Shown here piece by piece: positions 26,302 to 35,221 of a stretch of 64,000 nt of DNA. The DNA is from Candidatus Eiseniibacteriota bacterium (GTDB taxonomy: Bacteria > Eisenbacteria > RBG-16-71-46): positions 96,001 to 160,000 of the forward strand of contig JBBRLX010000001.1 in NCBI GenBank assembly GCA_038231135.1, read 5' to 3'. The notes under the pieces were generated by a model. It saw only the letters and a program-made list of their open reading frames with translations. It was not told the DNA's origin and searched no databases. The first letter of the stretch is position 1; every line of letters begins with the position of its first letter. The position numbers and the translations under genes are program-made.

Positions 26302-28773
26302 ATGTCCGAGCGCAGGACCGTGAAACCCGCCCGCAAGCCGATCGACGCCACGCGGCCGCCGGCGCGCGCGGCGGGCTTCACGCTCGACACCCGCTGGGTC
26401 GCGATCGTGTTCGGCCTGCTCGTGGTGCTGTTCTTCCACGACGTGGTCGTCGGCGGCAAGACGTTCGTGTCGCCGGACACCACGGCCCCGGCGGGCTTCG
26501 TGCGCATGGGGGAGCAGGCGCTGTATCACGATCACTATTACCCGCTGTGGAACCCGTATGTGTTCCTCGGCATGCCGTCGTTCGCGAGCGGCGCCTACAA
26601 CCCCCTGATCTATCCGCCCGACTGGCCGCTGGCGCTGGTGCAGAAGGTGCTGCCGTTCCTGCCCGACCTGACGTGGATGCTGCTCTACTACTTCCTCGGC
26701 GGCGTGTTCATGTTCCTGCTGGCGCGGGACTGGGGCGCCCGGCCCGAGGGCGCGCTGCTCGCCGCGGTGGCGTACGTGTTCGCGCCGAACCTGATCGCGG
26801 TGGGGTCGCACGGCCACGGCAGCCAGCTCGTGGATTCGATGTACCTGCCGCTGATGATGTGGCTGGGGTCACGCTGGATGCAGCGCGGGCGGCTCACGGA
26901 TCTGGGCTGGCTCGCGATCGCGGGCGGCTTCCAGCTGCTGCGCGGCCACGTGCAGATCTGCTTCTACACCTGGATGGCGCTCGGGCTCTACACCGTGGCC
27001 GAGCTGATCGCGTCGATCCGCGCCGGTGCCGTGCCGGAGCGGCTCGCGCGGGCGGGCGGCATGCTGGCGGCGGCGCTGCTCGCGTTCGGCATCGCGGGGT
27101 TCTACAACCTGCCGCTGCGCGACTACGCGCAGTACTCCATCCGCGGCGGTACCGACGTGGGCGGTGGCGTGGGACAGGAGTACGCCACCGCGTGGTCGTT
27201 CGCGCTCTATGAGCTGCCGTCGATCGTGGTGCCGGGCTGGGCCGGGTTCGGAGGCCAGACCTACTGGGGCGGCATGCCGTTCACCGACTACCCGAACGCG
27301 TTCGTCGGCATCGTCACGGTGGTGCTCGCGCTGTGCGCGGGGTTCGCGGTGGTGCGGCGGCGCGCGTTCGTGCTGGTGCTCGCCGTGTTCGCGCTGCTCG
27401 TGGCGTTCGGCAAGAACTTCCCGCTCTACGGCGTGCTGTACGGGCATCTGCCGCTGTTCAACAAGTTCCGCATCCCGGTGATGATCGTGCTGCTGTTCCA
27501 GCTGGCGGCGGCGCTGGGGCTCGCGTGGGGGTGGAGCGCCGTGCTCGAGCTCGCGCACGGCGACCGGGCGCGCCGCGAGCGGCTCGCGAAGCTGCTGCTC
27601 GCGATGGCGGCGGTGCTCGCGATCGTGCTGGTCGCGGGCGTGTTCGGGCAGGACCTGTGGCGCAGCGGGTACATCGCGAACGCCATGCGGCTGCGGAACG
27701 TGCCCGGACTCGGCTACACCCCCGAGCTGGGGGCCCAGGCGTACACCGCTTACGTGGGCGACCTCGGCCGCGCGTGCCTGCTCGGGCTGCTCGCGATCGG
27801 CGCCGCGTGGCTGGCGCTGCGCGGGCGACTGGCGCCGCGGGTCGCCAGCCTCGTCGTGCTCGGGCTCCTGATGGTCGAGCTGTGGCCGGTGAGCGGGCGG
27901 CTGATGGCCCCCGTGATCGGCGATCCCGTCCAGCGTAACGCCGAACAGGGCCGCGACGACGTCACCGATTTCCTGGTCCAGGCGGGCCCGCCTGGCACGT
28001 TCCGCGTGCTGCCGGTGGAGGAGTTCCAGAACAACCGGTTCGCGGGCTTCGGCATTGCGTCGGTCGGCGGCTACCATGCGGCCAAGCCGCGCCGCATCCA
28101 GGATTTCATGGACTACGGCGCGAACCGGGAGCTGGTGTTCGATCCCCGCTGGATGCGGCTGCTCAACGTGCGGTTCATCGTCACCCACCAGAAGCTCGAG
28201 CCCGCGCCGCCGTATCTCAAGCTGGTGCACGAGGGCTCGGCGCTCGTGTACGAGAACCTGTCGGCGCTGCCGCGCGCGACACTGGTCGGCAACTACCGCG
28301 TGGTGACGCCGGCGAAGGCGATCCTCGATTCGGTCCGGAACGGATCCAGCGACAGCGCGCTGCTCACGTATCTCGAGCAGGATCCCAAGCTCACGCTCGG
28401 CCCGCTCGCGGGCCCGTCCGCCGCCGTGGTGAGCCGCTACCGCTTGAACGACGTGACGGTGGACGTCGATACGCCGGCGCCCGCGCTGCTGCGGCTCGCC
28501 GACGCGTGGTACCCCGACTGGGTCGCGACGGTCGACGGTCACGCGGCGCCGCTGTACGCCGCCGACTACCTGCTGCGGGCGGTGCCAGTGCCGGCGGGCA
28601 AGCACCAGGTCCGGTTCACGTTCCAATCGAAGGCGGTCGGCGCCGGGCTGTTGGTGTCGATCGCGAGCTGCCTGATCTCGCTCGGCCTGCTGATCGCCGG
28701 TATGGCGTTGCAGCGGCGCCGCGAATCGTCACCGCCGGGCGCCGTCGCGGCGGCCGCCGCACCGGGGGCGTGA
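26302..28773 (+). CDS. YfhO-family GT-C membrane protein
   Basis: PLWNPYVFLGMP, GHVQI, NKFRIP, GGYHAAK, LLNVRF, DAWYPDW..ADYLLRAV. Confidence 0.88.
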   Translation: MSERRTVKPARKPIDATRPPARAAGFTLDTRWVAIVFGLLVVLFFHDVVVGGKTFVSPDTTAPAGFVRMGEQALYHDHYYPLWNPYVFLGMPSFASGAYNPLIYPPDWPLALVQKVLPFLPDLTWMLLYYFLGGVFMFLLARDWGARPEGALLAAVAYVFAPNLIAVGSHGHGSQLVDSMYLPLMMWLGSRWMQRGRLTDLGWLAIAGGFQLLRGHVQICFYTWMALGLYTVAELIASIRAGAVPERLARAGGMLAAALLAFGIAGFYNLPLRDYAQYSIRGGTDVGGGVGQEYATAWSFALYELPSIVVPGWAGFGGQTYWGGMPFTDYPNAFVGIVTVVLALCAGFAVVRRRAFVLVLAVFALLVAFGKNFPLYGVLYGHLPLFNKFRIPVMIVLLFQLAAALGLAWGWSAVLELAHGDRARRERLAKLLLAMAAVLAIVLVAGVFGQDLWRSGYIANAMRLRNVPGLGYTPELGAQAYTAYVGDLGRACLLGLLAIGAAWLALRGRLAPRVASLVVLGLLMVELWPVSGRLMAPVIGDPVQRNAEQGRDDVTDFLVQAGPPGTFRVLPVEEFQNNRFAGFGIASVGGYHAAKPRRIQDFMDYGANRELVFDPRWMRLLNVRFIVTHQKLEPAPPYLKLVHEGSALVYENLSALPRATLVGNYRVVTPAKAILDSVRNGSSDSALLTYLEQDPKLTLGPLAGPSAAVVSRYRLNDVTVDVDTPAPALLRLADAWYPDWVATVDGHAAPLYAADYLLRAVPVPAGKHQVRFTFQSKAVGAGLLVSIASCLISLGLLIAGMALQRRRESSPPGAVAAAAAPGA

Positions 28774-28798
28774 GCCCGGCCGGGCCGCGCAACGACAC

Positions 28799-29515
28799 GT
28801 GGAAAAACTCGTCATCGTACCGACCTACAACGAGCGCGACAACATCGAGCCGTTGCTGCGGCGCATCCTGGCGCAGCCGCTCGACCTGCACGTGCTGGTC
28901 GTCGACGACGGTTCGCCGGACGGCACGGCGGCGGTGGTGCGCGAATGGATGACCACGGAGGCGCGCCTCCACCTGATCGAGCGGGCCGGCAAGATGGGAC
29001 TCGGCTCCGCCTACCGCGAGGGCTTCCGTTACGCGCTCGACCACGGCGCCCAGTACATCTTCGAGATGGACGCCGACTTCTCGCACGACCCCGACAGCCT
29101 GGGCGCGTTCCTCGAGCACATCGAGCACGCCGACGTGGTGCTCGGCTCGCGCTACCTGAACGGCGTCACGGTCGTGAACTGGCCGATCCAGCGGCTGATC
29201 CTGTCGTACCTCGCGAACCGCTACACGCGGCTCATCACCGGTCTGCCGGTGAACGACGCCACCGGAGGCTTCAAGTGTTTCCGCCGGCGGGCGCTCGAGG
29301 CGGTGCGGCTCGACAAGGTGAAGTCCGACGGCTACTCGTTCCAGATCGAGATGACGTTCAAGATCTGGCGCAAGGGGTTCCGGATCGTCGAGATCCCGAT
29401 CCTGTTCGTGGATCGCCGGGCCGGGGTGTCCAAGATGAACCGCAAGATCGTGTGGGAGGCGGCCTGGATGGTGTGGCGGCTGCGGTTCAACGACTGGTTC
29501 GGCCAGCTCGAATGA
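28799..29515 (+). CDS. Polyprenol monophosphomannose synthase (Ppm1/Dpm1-like GT2)
   Basis: VPTYNE, VDDGSPDGT, KMGLGSAY, EMDADFSHDP, DATGGFKC, GYSFQIE. Confidence 0.92.
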   Translation: MEKLVIVPTYNERDNIEPLLRRILAQPLDLHVLVVDDGSPDGTAAVVREWMTTEARLHLIERAGKMGLGSAYREGFRYALDHGAQYIFEMDADFSHDPDSLGAFLEHIEHADVVLGSRYLNGVTVVNWPIQRLILSYLANRYTRLITGLPVNDATGGFKCFRRRALEAVRLDKVKSDGYSFQIEMTFKIWRKGFRIVEIPILFVDRRAGVSKMNRKIVWEAAWMVWRLRFNDWFGQLE

Positions 29516-29549
29516 CGCAGTCCGGGCGGATCCGGGGTATTCTAGGGGC

Positions 29550-31841
29550 ATGATCGGATCCGTCTCGCGGGTGGCCCGGCCGGGCGTCGCGGCCCTGCTC
29601 CTCGCCGCCCTGTGGGTCACCCCCATGCCCGCCCATGCCAGCGGCGCGTGGACCACCTACCTCCGCGCCTACACCTATGCCGACCTGATCGCGGATTCGA
29701 CCACGGTGTGGTGCGCCACGCTCGAGGGCGGCCTCGTGCAATTCGACCGTGCGACGCACACGTTCACGACCACGGTGCGGGAGCCGGGCGGCATCGCCAG
29801 CAACTCGCTCACCGCGCTCACGTTCGACCGCTCACGGCGGCTGTGGGCCGGCACCCAGGGCGCCGGGCTCAGCTACCTGTCGGCGGATCGCAGCCGGTGG
29901 AACCTGCTCAACGAGTTCGACGGGTTGCCGTCGGACACCGTCAACGCGTTGACGCCGCAGGGTGACACGCTGTGGATCGGCACCACCAAGGGCATCACGC
30001 TGTGGGACGGCCAGCGCGTCCTGGGCTCGCTGCCCGACGGCATCAACGCCTCGCCGTTCGCGAGCAACAACGTCACCGGCATCGTGGTGGCGGGGGACTC
30101 GCTGTATCTCGCGACGCGCGGGGGAGTCTACCGCTCGCTCGAGTCGCAGAACCTCCAGGTGTGGGACACCCTGAACCGCGGGTTGCCGACGCCCGTCGTC
30201 GAGCAGTTCGCCACCGACGGCACCACGATCATGGCGTTCTCGAGCGACACGGCGTGGAAGGCGCCCTACGTGCTGTCGGACACCGGCTGGGTGCGGCGGC
30301 CCACGCCCGCCGTCGCGCGCCGGATCGGCGCCGACCGCAACACGATCTTCGTGATGACCTCGGTCGGAATGTATCGCTGGAACGGCGCGGGGTACGCGCC
30401 GATTCCGGGCTCGCCGGGTTCCGGACCGCTCCCTCAGCAGTGGATCGCCCCGGCGATGGCGCCCGACGGCAAGCTCTATGGGGCCAGCCGCAGCGGCATG
30501 TTCGAGCAACCCGCGGGGGTGTCGCTCTGGACGCTCTACCGGCCGCAGCAACCCCCCGGCAACAACATCACGAACCTCGCGCTCGAGGGTCCACGCCTCT
30601 ATATGACCACCTATAACGAGGGCATCGGCCGCTACGACGGCGTGAACTGGCGCAACTGGCCTCCAGGCTTCTGCCAGCTGCCGGCCTGCAGCCGGGATAC
30701 CTCGTTCGGGACCGCGACGTTCGCGTTCTCGTTGCTGATCGACCGGCGCAGCGCCAAGTGGTTCACCACCTGGGGCGAACCCGGCAACCCGCTGAGGCCG
30801 GGTGCGGTCGAACACATGGTCGACGACACCGATCCCCCGCAGTTCACCTCGGTCCAGGCGTGGTCCGACGGCCTCGACCCGGTGCGCCACTCGTTCGGCA
30901 TCGGGTCCACGCTCGACTCCAGTGGCGGCCACTGGTTCGGCCTCGACAGTCCCGCGCGCGAGGATCAACAGTTCTCGCCGATCGGGCTCGATTACTACGA
31001 CAGCACGGGGACGTTCGTCCGCAACCTCAGCCCGTCGAACACCGGCATATTCGGTCTGCGCACCGGCCGCATCATCGCGCTGACGACGGATGCGCTGGGC
31101 GTGATCTGGATCGGCACGACCGGCCAGGGCGTGCAGCGGCTGGTCTACGACCCGGTACTGAACACGGCCATGTTCGAAACCGTGAGTCCCGACGACAAGA
31201 TCGACGTGCGTGGCATCGTCGCCGTGGGCGACACGGTGTGGGCGCAGAGCACGAACGACGTGCGGGACTACCGGCGCTCGGGCGGCCTCATCGGCGCCTA
31301 TCCCGTGCTCGCCGGGCCCTCCGACATCGCCGGGCACTCGCTCGAGGTCGCGAAGGACGGCACGGTGTGGGCGGCGACCGTGAACGGCGTCCGGGTCTAC
31401 CGGAGCGACGGCACCGTGCTCGCGGACTACACGGAGGCGAACTCGCCGCTCGCGAGCGACGAGGTGCGCGCGATCCGCTCGGATCCCGTGACGGGCGTGC
31501 TGTGGATCGGCACGGCGGCCGGCCTGCACCGCTTCGACCCCCGGTTCGTGCCGGCGCCGCCGCCGTCGGTGGTGCGGCTCGATGCGCGCGTCTATCCCAA
31601 TCCGTCGCGGCTCACCGCACTCGGCGTCGATCTCCGGCTCGCCGGCAACACCTCGGACTATCGCGGCGCGATCTACGATCTCACCGGCCGGCTGGTGCAC
31701 TCGTTCTCGGGTGCCGCGAACGGCGCGCGCATCTGGGATGGTCGCGACCGCGACGGCCGGCGCGTGCAGCCCGGCGTCTACTTCCTCCACGTGACCGCGG
31801 GCGGCCGTTCCACGCTGGTGCGCATCGCGCTCCTGCATTAG
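29550..31841 (+). CDS. PorZ-like beta-propeller protein with T9SS-CTD/FlgD-Ig C-terminus
   Basis: Signal peptide (AHA), repeated LWIGT..G blades, YTEANSPLASD..DPVTG..WIGT, VYPNP, IYDLTGRLV, WDGRD..G..V..GVYF. Confidence 0.75.
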   Translation: MIGSVSRVARPGVAALLLAALWVTPMPAHASGAWTTYLRAYTYADLIADSTTVWCATLEGGLVQFDRATHTFTTTVREPGGIASNSLTALTFDRSRRLWAGTQGAGLSYLSADRSRWNLLNEFDGLPSDTVNALTPQGDTLWIGTTKGITLWDGQRVLGSLPDGINASPFASNNVTGIVVAGDSLYLATRGGVYRSLESQNLQVWDTLNRGLPTPVVEQFATDGTTIMAFSSDTAWKAPYVLSDTGWVRRPTPAVARRIGADRNTIFVMTSVGMYRWNGAGYAPIPGSPGSGPLPQQWIAPAMAPDGKLYGASRSGMFEQPAGVSLWTLYRPQQPPGNNITNLALEGPRLYMTTYNEGIGRYDGVNWRNWPPGFCQLPACSRDTSFGTATFAFSLLIDRRSAKWFTTWGEPGNPLRPGAVEHMVDDTDPPQFTSVQAWSDGLDPVRHSFGIGSTLDSSGGHWFGLDSPAREDQQFSPIGLDYYDSTGTFVRNLSPSNTGIFGLRTGRIIALTTDALGVIWIGTTGQGVQRLVYDPVLNTAMFETVSPDDKIDVRGIVAVGDTVWAQSTNDVRDYRRSGGLIGAYPVLAGPSDIAGHSLEVAKDGTVWAATVNGVRVYRSDGTVLADYTEANSPLASDEVRAIRSDPVTGVLWIGTAAGLHRFDPRFVPAPPPSVVRLDARVYPNPSRLTALGVDLRLAGNTSDYRGAIYDLTGRLVHSFSGAANGARIWDGRDRDGRRVQPGVYFLHVTAGGRSTLVRIALLH

Positions 31842-31857
31842 CGGCCCGCGCCCGCGC

Positions 31858-32877
31858 GTGACCGATCACTGCCGGATTCTCGACGAGGCTCCGCCCGCGT
31901 GGCACGAGTTGCTCCACGCGGATCCCGGCGCGGGGCCGGGGCATCGCCCGGGCCTGTGGAGCGCACTCGCCGGCGCCATACCCGGCGGCAGCGTGCGGTT
32001 CCTCGCCGTCGAATCCGATGCGGTGCTGATCGGCGGCATGGGGGTGGTGATCGAGCGCCGCGCAGGATTCGAATGGATCCACGCGCTGCCCTGGCTGCTG
32101 GGCGGTGCGCCGCTGGCGTCCGAGGGACACCATGCGCGCGTGGATGCGGCGTTCGCCCGTGGTCTCAAGGCGCTGATGCAGGAGCGTCGCGTGGTGGGCG
32201 GCGAGTGGGTCGCGTGGCGCCCGGCCGGCGAACCGCCGGGCGCGCCGGCGATCGAGCGCGTGCCCGGCACGACCACGCGGGTCGCGACGGCGATCGTCGA
32301 TCTCGCGGACGGCATCGACGGGGTGCGGGGCCGCGTCCGGCGCACCCGGCGCCAGTACCTGAACCGGGACAGCGACTCGCTGGTGTTCGCCGAGGACCCG
32401 GGCGCGCTCGAGGAGGTGTACGTGCTCCACACCCGGCAGGCGCGCCACTGGGGCGGCTACCAGCCGTTGCCGCTCGAGCTGTCGCGGCGGCTGCTGGCGC
32501 CGCCCGCGCCGCTCGGACGGCTGTTCACGATCCGCGAGCACGGCCGGCTGCTCGCGGGCACGCTGTTCCTCGACCATCCGCGCGAGTTGTTCGCGTGGTG
32601 GAGCGGCGTCCACGCGCGCGCGCGCGGCCGTCACGTGTTCCCGCTGTTGCTGTGGCGCGCGGTCGAATGGGCGGCGGACCGCGGCCGCGCGCGCGTGAAT
32701 CTCGGCGGCAGCGCGGGGCGGGCGTCGCTCGTCGCATTCAAGCAGGCGCTCGGCGCCACGGACCAGTCGTTCGACGTGCGCTGGCTCGCCGCGAACTACG
32801 CGACCCCGCCCGGGCGCTGGATCGCGGCACTCCAGCGCCGGCGCCGCCGCGCGCGCGTGCAGGGGGACGCCCGGTGA
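31858..32877 (+). CDS. FemAB-like tandem GNAT acyl/aminoacyl transferase
   Basis: ALPW..GGAP, LLWRAVEWA, NLGGS, LVAFKQALGA. Confidence 0.75.
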   Translation: MTDHCRILDEAPPAWHELLHADPGAGPGHRPGLWSALAGAIPGGSVRFLAVESDAVLIGGMGVVIERRAGFEWIHALPWLLGGAPLASEGHHARVDAAFARGLKALMQERRVVGGEWVAWRPAGEPPGAPAIERVPGTTTRVATAIVDLADGIDGVRGRVRRTRRQYLNRDSDSLVFAEDPGALEEVYVLHTRQARHWGGYQPLPLELSRRLLAPPAPLGRLFTIREHGRLLAGTLFLDHPRELFAWWSGVHARARGRHVFPLLLWRAVEWAADRGRARVNLGGSAGRASLVAFKQALGATDQSFDVRWLAANYATPPGRWIAALQRRRRRARVQGDAR

Positions 32878-33929
32878 AGATCGCCACGCTCGGCAACGCC
32901 GCCGTGATCCACACCCGGCGCTGGGCGGAGCACTTCCGATCGCGTGGCCACGACGTGCGGGTGTGGTCGCTCGAACGGCCGCCCGCGGGGTTCGATGCGC
33001 TGCCGCTGCCGCGGCTGCCGCTGCCGGGCGCGCTGCGCTATCCGCTCGCGGTCCCGGCACTCGCGACGGCGCTGGCGCAGTTCGCGCCCGACGTCGTGGA
33101 CGCGCACTTCGTTCCGAACTACGGCCTGATGGCCGCGCTGACCGGACGCCACCCGTTCTCGGTCACGGCGTGGGGCTCGGACCTGCTGCTGAACCCGGGT
33201 CGCGCGGCGCTGCAGCGCGCCCGCGCGCGCTACGTGCTGCGCCGCGCGGACCTGGTGCTGGCCGACAGCGGCAACCTCGCGGCGGCGGCGCTGGCGCTCG
33301 GCGCCGACCCGGAGCGCACGCATGCGATTCCCTGGGGGATCGAGCCGGCGCGGTTCCGCGACGCGCCGCCGCGTGAGCCCGGGCTGCTGTTCGGCGCGCG
33401 CATGCACGAGCCGGTCTACGACATCCCGTCGATCCTCGAGGGCGTGCGCCCGGTGCTCGCGTCGCGGCCGGGCACGCGGCTCGTGCTGGCCGGCGACGGT
33501 CCGCTGCGCGCCCGCCACGAGCAGCTCGCGCGCACGCTGCTGCCGACCGATCGCGTCGAGTTCACCGGCATGCTGGCGCCGCCGGCGCTCGCCGCGTGGC
33601 TCGGGCGTGCCGACGTGTACCTGTCGGCGTCGCATTCGGATTCGACCTCGGTGACGCTGCTCGAGGCGATGGCCGCGGGCGCGGTGCCGGTGGTGAGCGA
33701 CCTCGACGGCAATCGCGAATGGATCGTCGACGGCGACAACGGCCGGTTGTTTCCGGCCGGCGACGCCGCGGCGATGGGCCGCGCGATCGAGCGCGTGCTC
33801 GCGGATCCGGCGTGGGCAGCGGCCGCCCGCGAGCGCAACCGCCGGGTGATCGAGGAGCGCGGCGTGTGGGACACGAACATGCGGCGGATCGAGCAGTTGT
33901 TCGAGTCGCTGGCGGGGCGGCGCCCGTGA
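32874..33929 (+). CDS. Glycosyltransferase family 4
   Basis: IHTRRW, AWGSD, DSTSVTLLEAMAAG. Confidence 0.9.
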   Translation: MKIATLGNAAVIHTRRWAEHFRSRGHDVRVWSLERPPAGFDALPLPRLPLPGALRYPLAVPALATALAQFAPDVVDAHFVPNYGLMAALTGRHPFSVTAWGSDLLLNPGRAALQRARARYVLRRADLVLADSGNLAAAALALGADPERTHAIPWGIEPARFRDAPPREPGLLFGARMHEPVYDIPSILEGVRPVLASRPGTRLVLAGDGPLRARHEQLARTLLPTDRVEFTGMLAPPALAAWLGRADVYLSASHSDSTSVTLLEAMAAGAVPVVSDLDGNREWIVDGDNGRLFPAGDAAAMGRAIERVLADPAWAAAARERNRRVIEERGVWDTNMRRIEQLFESLAGRRP

Positions 33930-35221
33930 GCCGCCGCCGGGTGCTGGTGCTGAGCTACTTCTATCCGCCGCATGGCGGCGGGGGAGTGCATCGCGTGCTG
34001 GGATTCACCCGCCATCTGCCCGAGTACGGCTGGGACTGCACCGTGGTGTGCGGCGGCGCCGAGGACTTCTGGATCGTCGACGACCGCCTGCTCGAACGCG
34101 TGCCGCCCGGCACCCGGGTGGTGCGCGTGCCCGGCGGCACTCCGCTCGGCGCGTGGCTGCGCGTGCGCCGCCAGGCGCGCGGCACGCGGCCGCGCCAGGA
34201 GTTCGGCTGGCTCCGGCGGCTCGCGGATTTCTGGCTGGTGCCGGATCCCTATGTGCCGTGGGCGGCGCGCGGCCGCGCGGCCGCGGCGCGGCTGCTCGCG
34301 GGCGGCGGGTTCGACGCGCTGCTGTCGACGTCGCCGCCCGACAGCCTGCACCTCGCGGCGGCGGCGCTGCGCGGGCGGTTCCGGGTGCCGTGGGTGGCCG
34401 ACTTCCGCGATCCGTGGATGGGCCTGTACCATCGCCGTCCGCCGAGCGCATGGCACGCGCGGCGGCAGGCCGCACTCGAGCGGCGTGTGCTCGCGGGGGC
34501 GGATCTCGTGATCACCGCCTCGCGAACGCATGCCGGTATGCTGCAGTCGCGTCCGGATCCGCCGCGGCGCGTGCGGCACCTGCCGAACGGATTCGAACCC
34601 GACCCCGCGGCGCCGGCCGCGGAGTCCCACCCCGATCCGGGAGTGTTTCGCATCGTGTTCACCGGTACCCTGACCAAGATGCCCGACACGGAGGTCGTGC
34701 TCGAGGCGCTGCACGAGTTGCTCGCGCGGCGGCCGGAGGCACGGCGGCGCATCCGCGTCACGCTGGCGGGACCGTTCGACACCGGCTACCGCGACCGCGC
34801 CGTGTCGCTGGGGCTCACTCCCGGGATCGTGGCGTTCCCGGGCCCGCTGCCGCACGCCGAGTCGCGCGCGCTCCAGCGCGACGCCGACGTGCTGGTGATG
34901 TGGAAGATGGAACGCATGGAGGCGACGGTGCCCGGCAAGCTCTACGAATACCTCGACAGCGGCCGGCCGGTTGTCGGCCTGCTGGCGGCGGGGGACGAGG
35001 CGGCGGAACTGCTCGAGCGCGCCGGCGGCATCCGCGTCGACCCGGGCGACCGCGCCGAGCTGGCCCTGGTGCTGGATCGGATGTATGCCGCGTGGCAGGA
35101 GCGGGGCCGCACCGCCGCGGCACGCCCCGCATGGCTCGCGGCGCACACCCGCGCGAACCTCGCGCGCGAACTGGCGGGCGAGCTGGACACGCTCGTCGCG
35201 CCGGGCGAGCCGCCGCGATGA
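33926..35221 (+). CDS. Glycosyltransferase family 4
   Basis: YFYPPHGGGGVHR, DFRDPW, PNGF, PGKLYEY. Confidence 0.9.
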   Translation: MSRRRVLVLSYFYPPHGGGGVHRVLGFTRHLPEYGWDCTVVCGGAEDFWIVDDRLLERVPPGTRVVRVPGGTPLGAWLRVRRQARGTRPRQEFGWLRRLADFWLVPDPYVPWAARGRAAAARLLAGGGFDALLSTSPPDSLHLAAAALRGRFRVPWVADFRDPWMGLYHRRPPSAWHARRQAALERRVLAGADLVITASRTHAGMLQSRPDPPRRVRHLPNGFEPDPAAPAAESHPDPGVFRIVFTGTLTKMPDTEVVLEALHELLARRPEARRRIRVTLAGPFDTGYRDRAVSLGLTPGIVAFPGPLPHAESRALQRDADVLVMWKMERMEATVPGKLYEYLDSGRPVVGLLAAGDEAAELLERAGGIRVDPGDRAELALVLDRMYAAWQERGRTAAARPAWLAAHTRANLARELAGELDTLVAPGEPPR

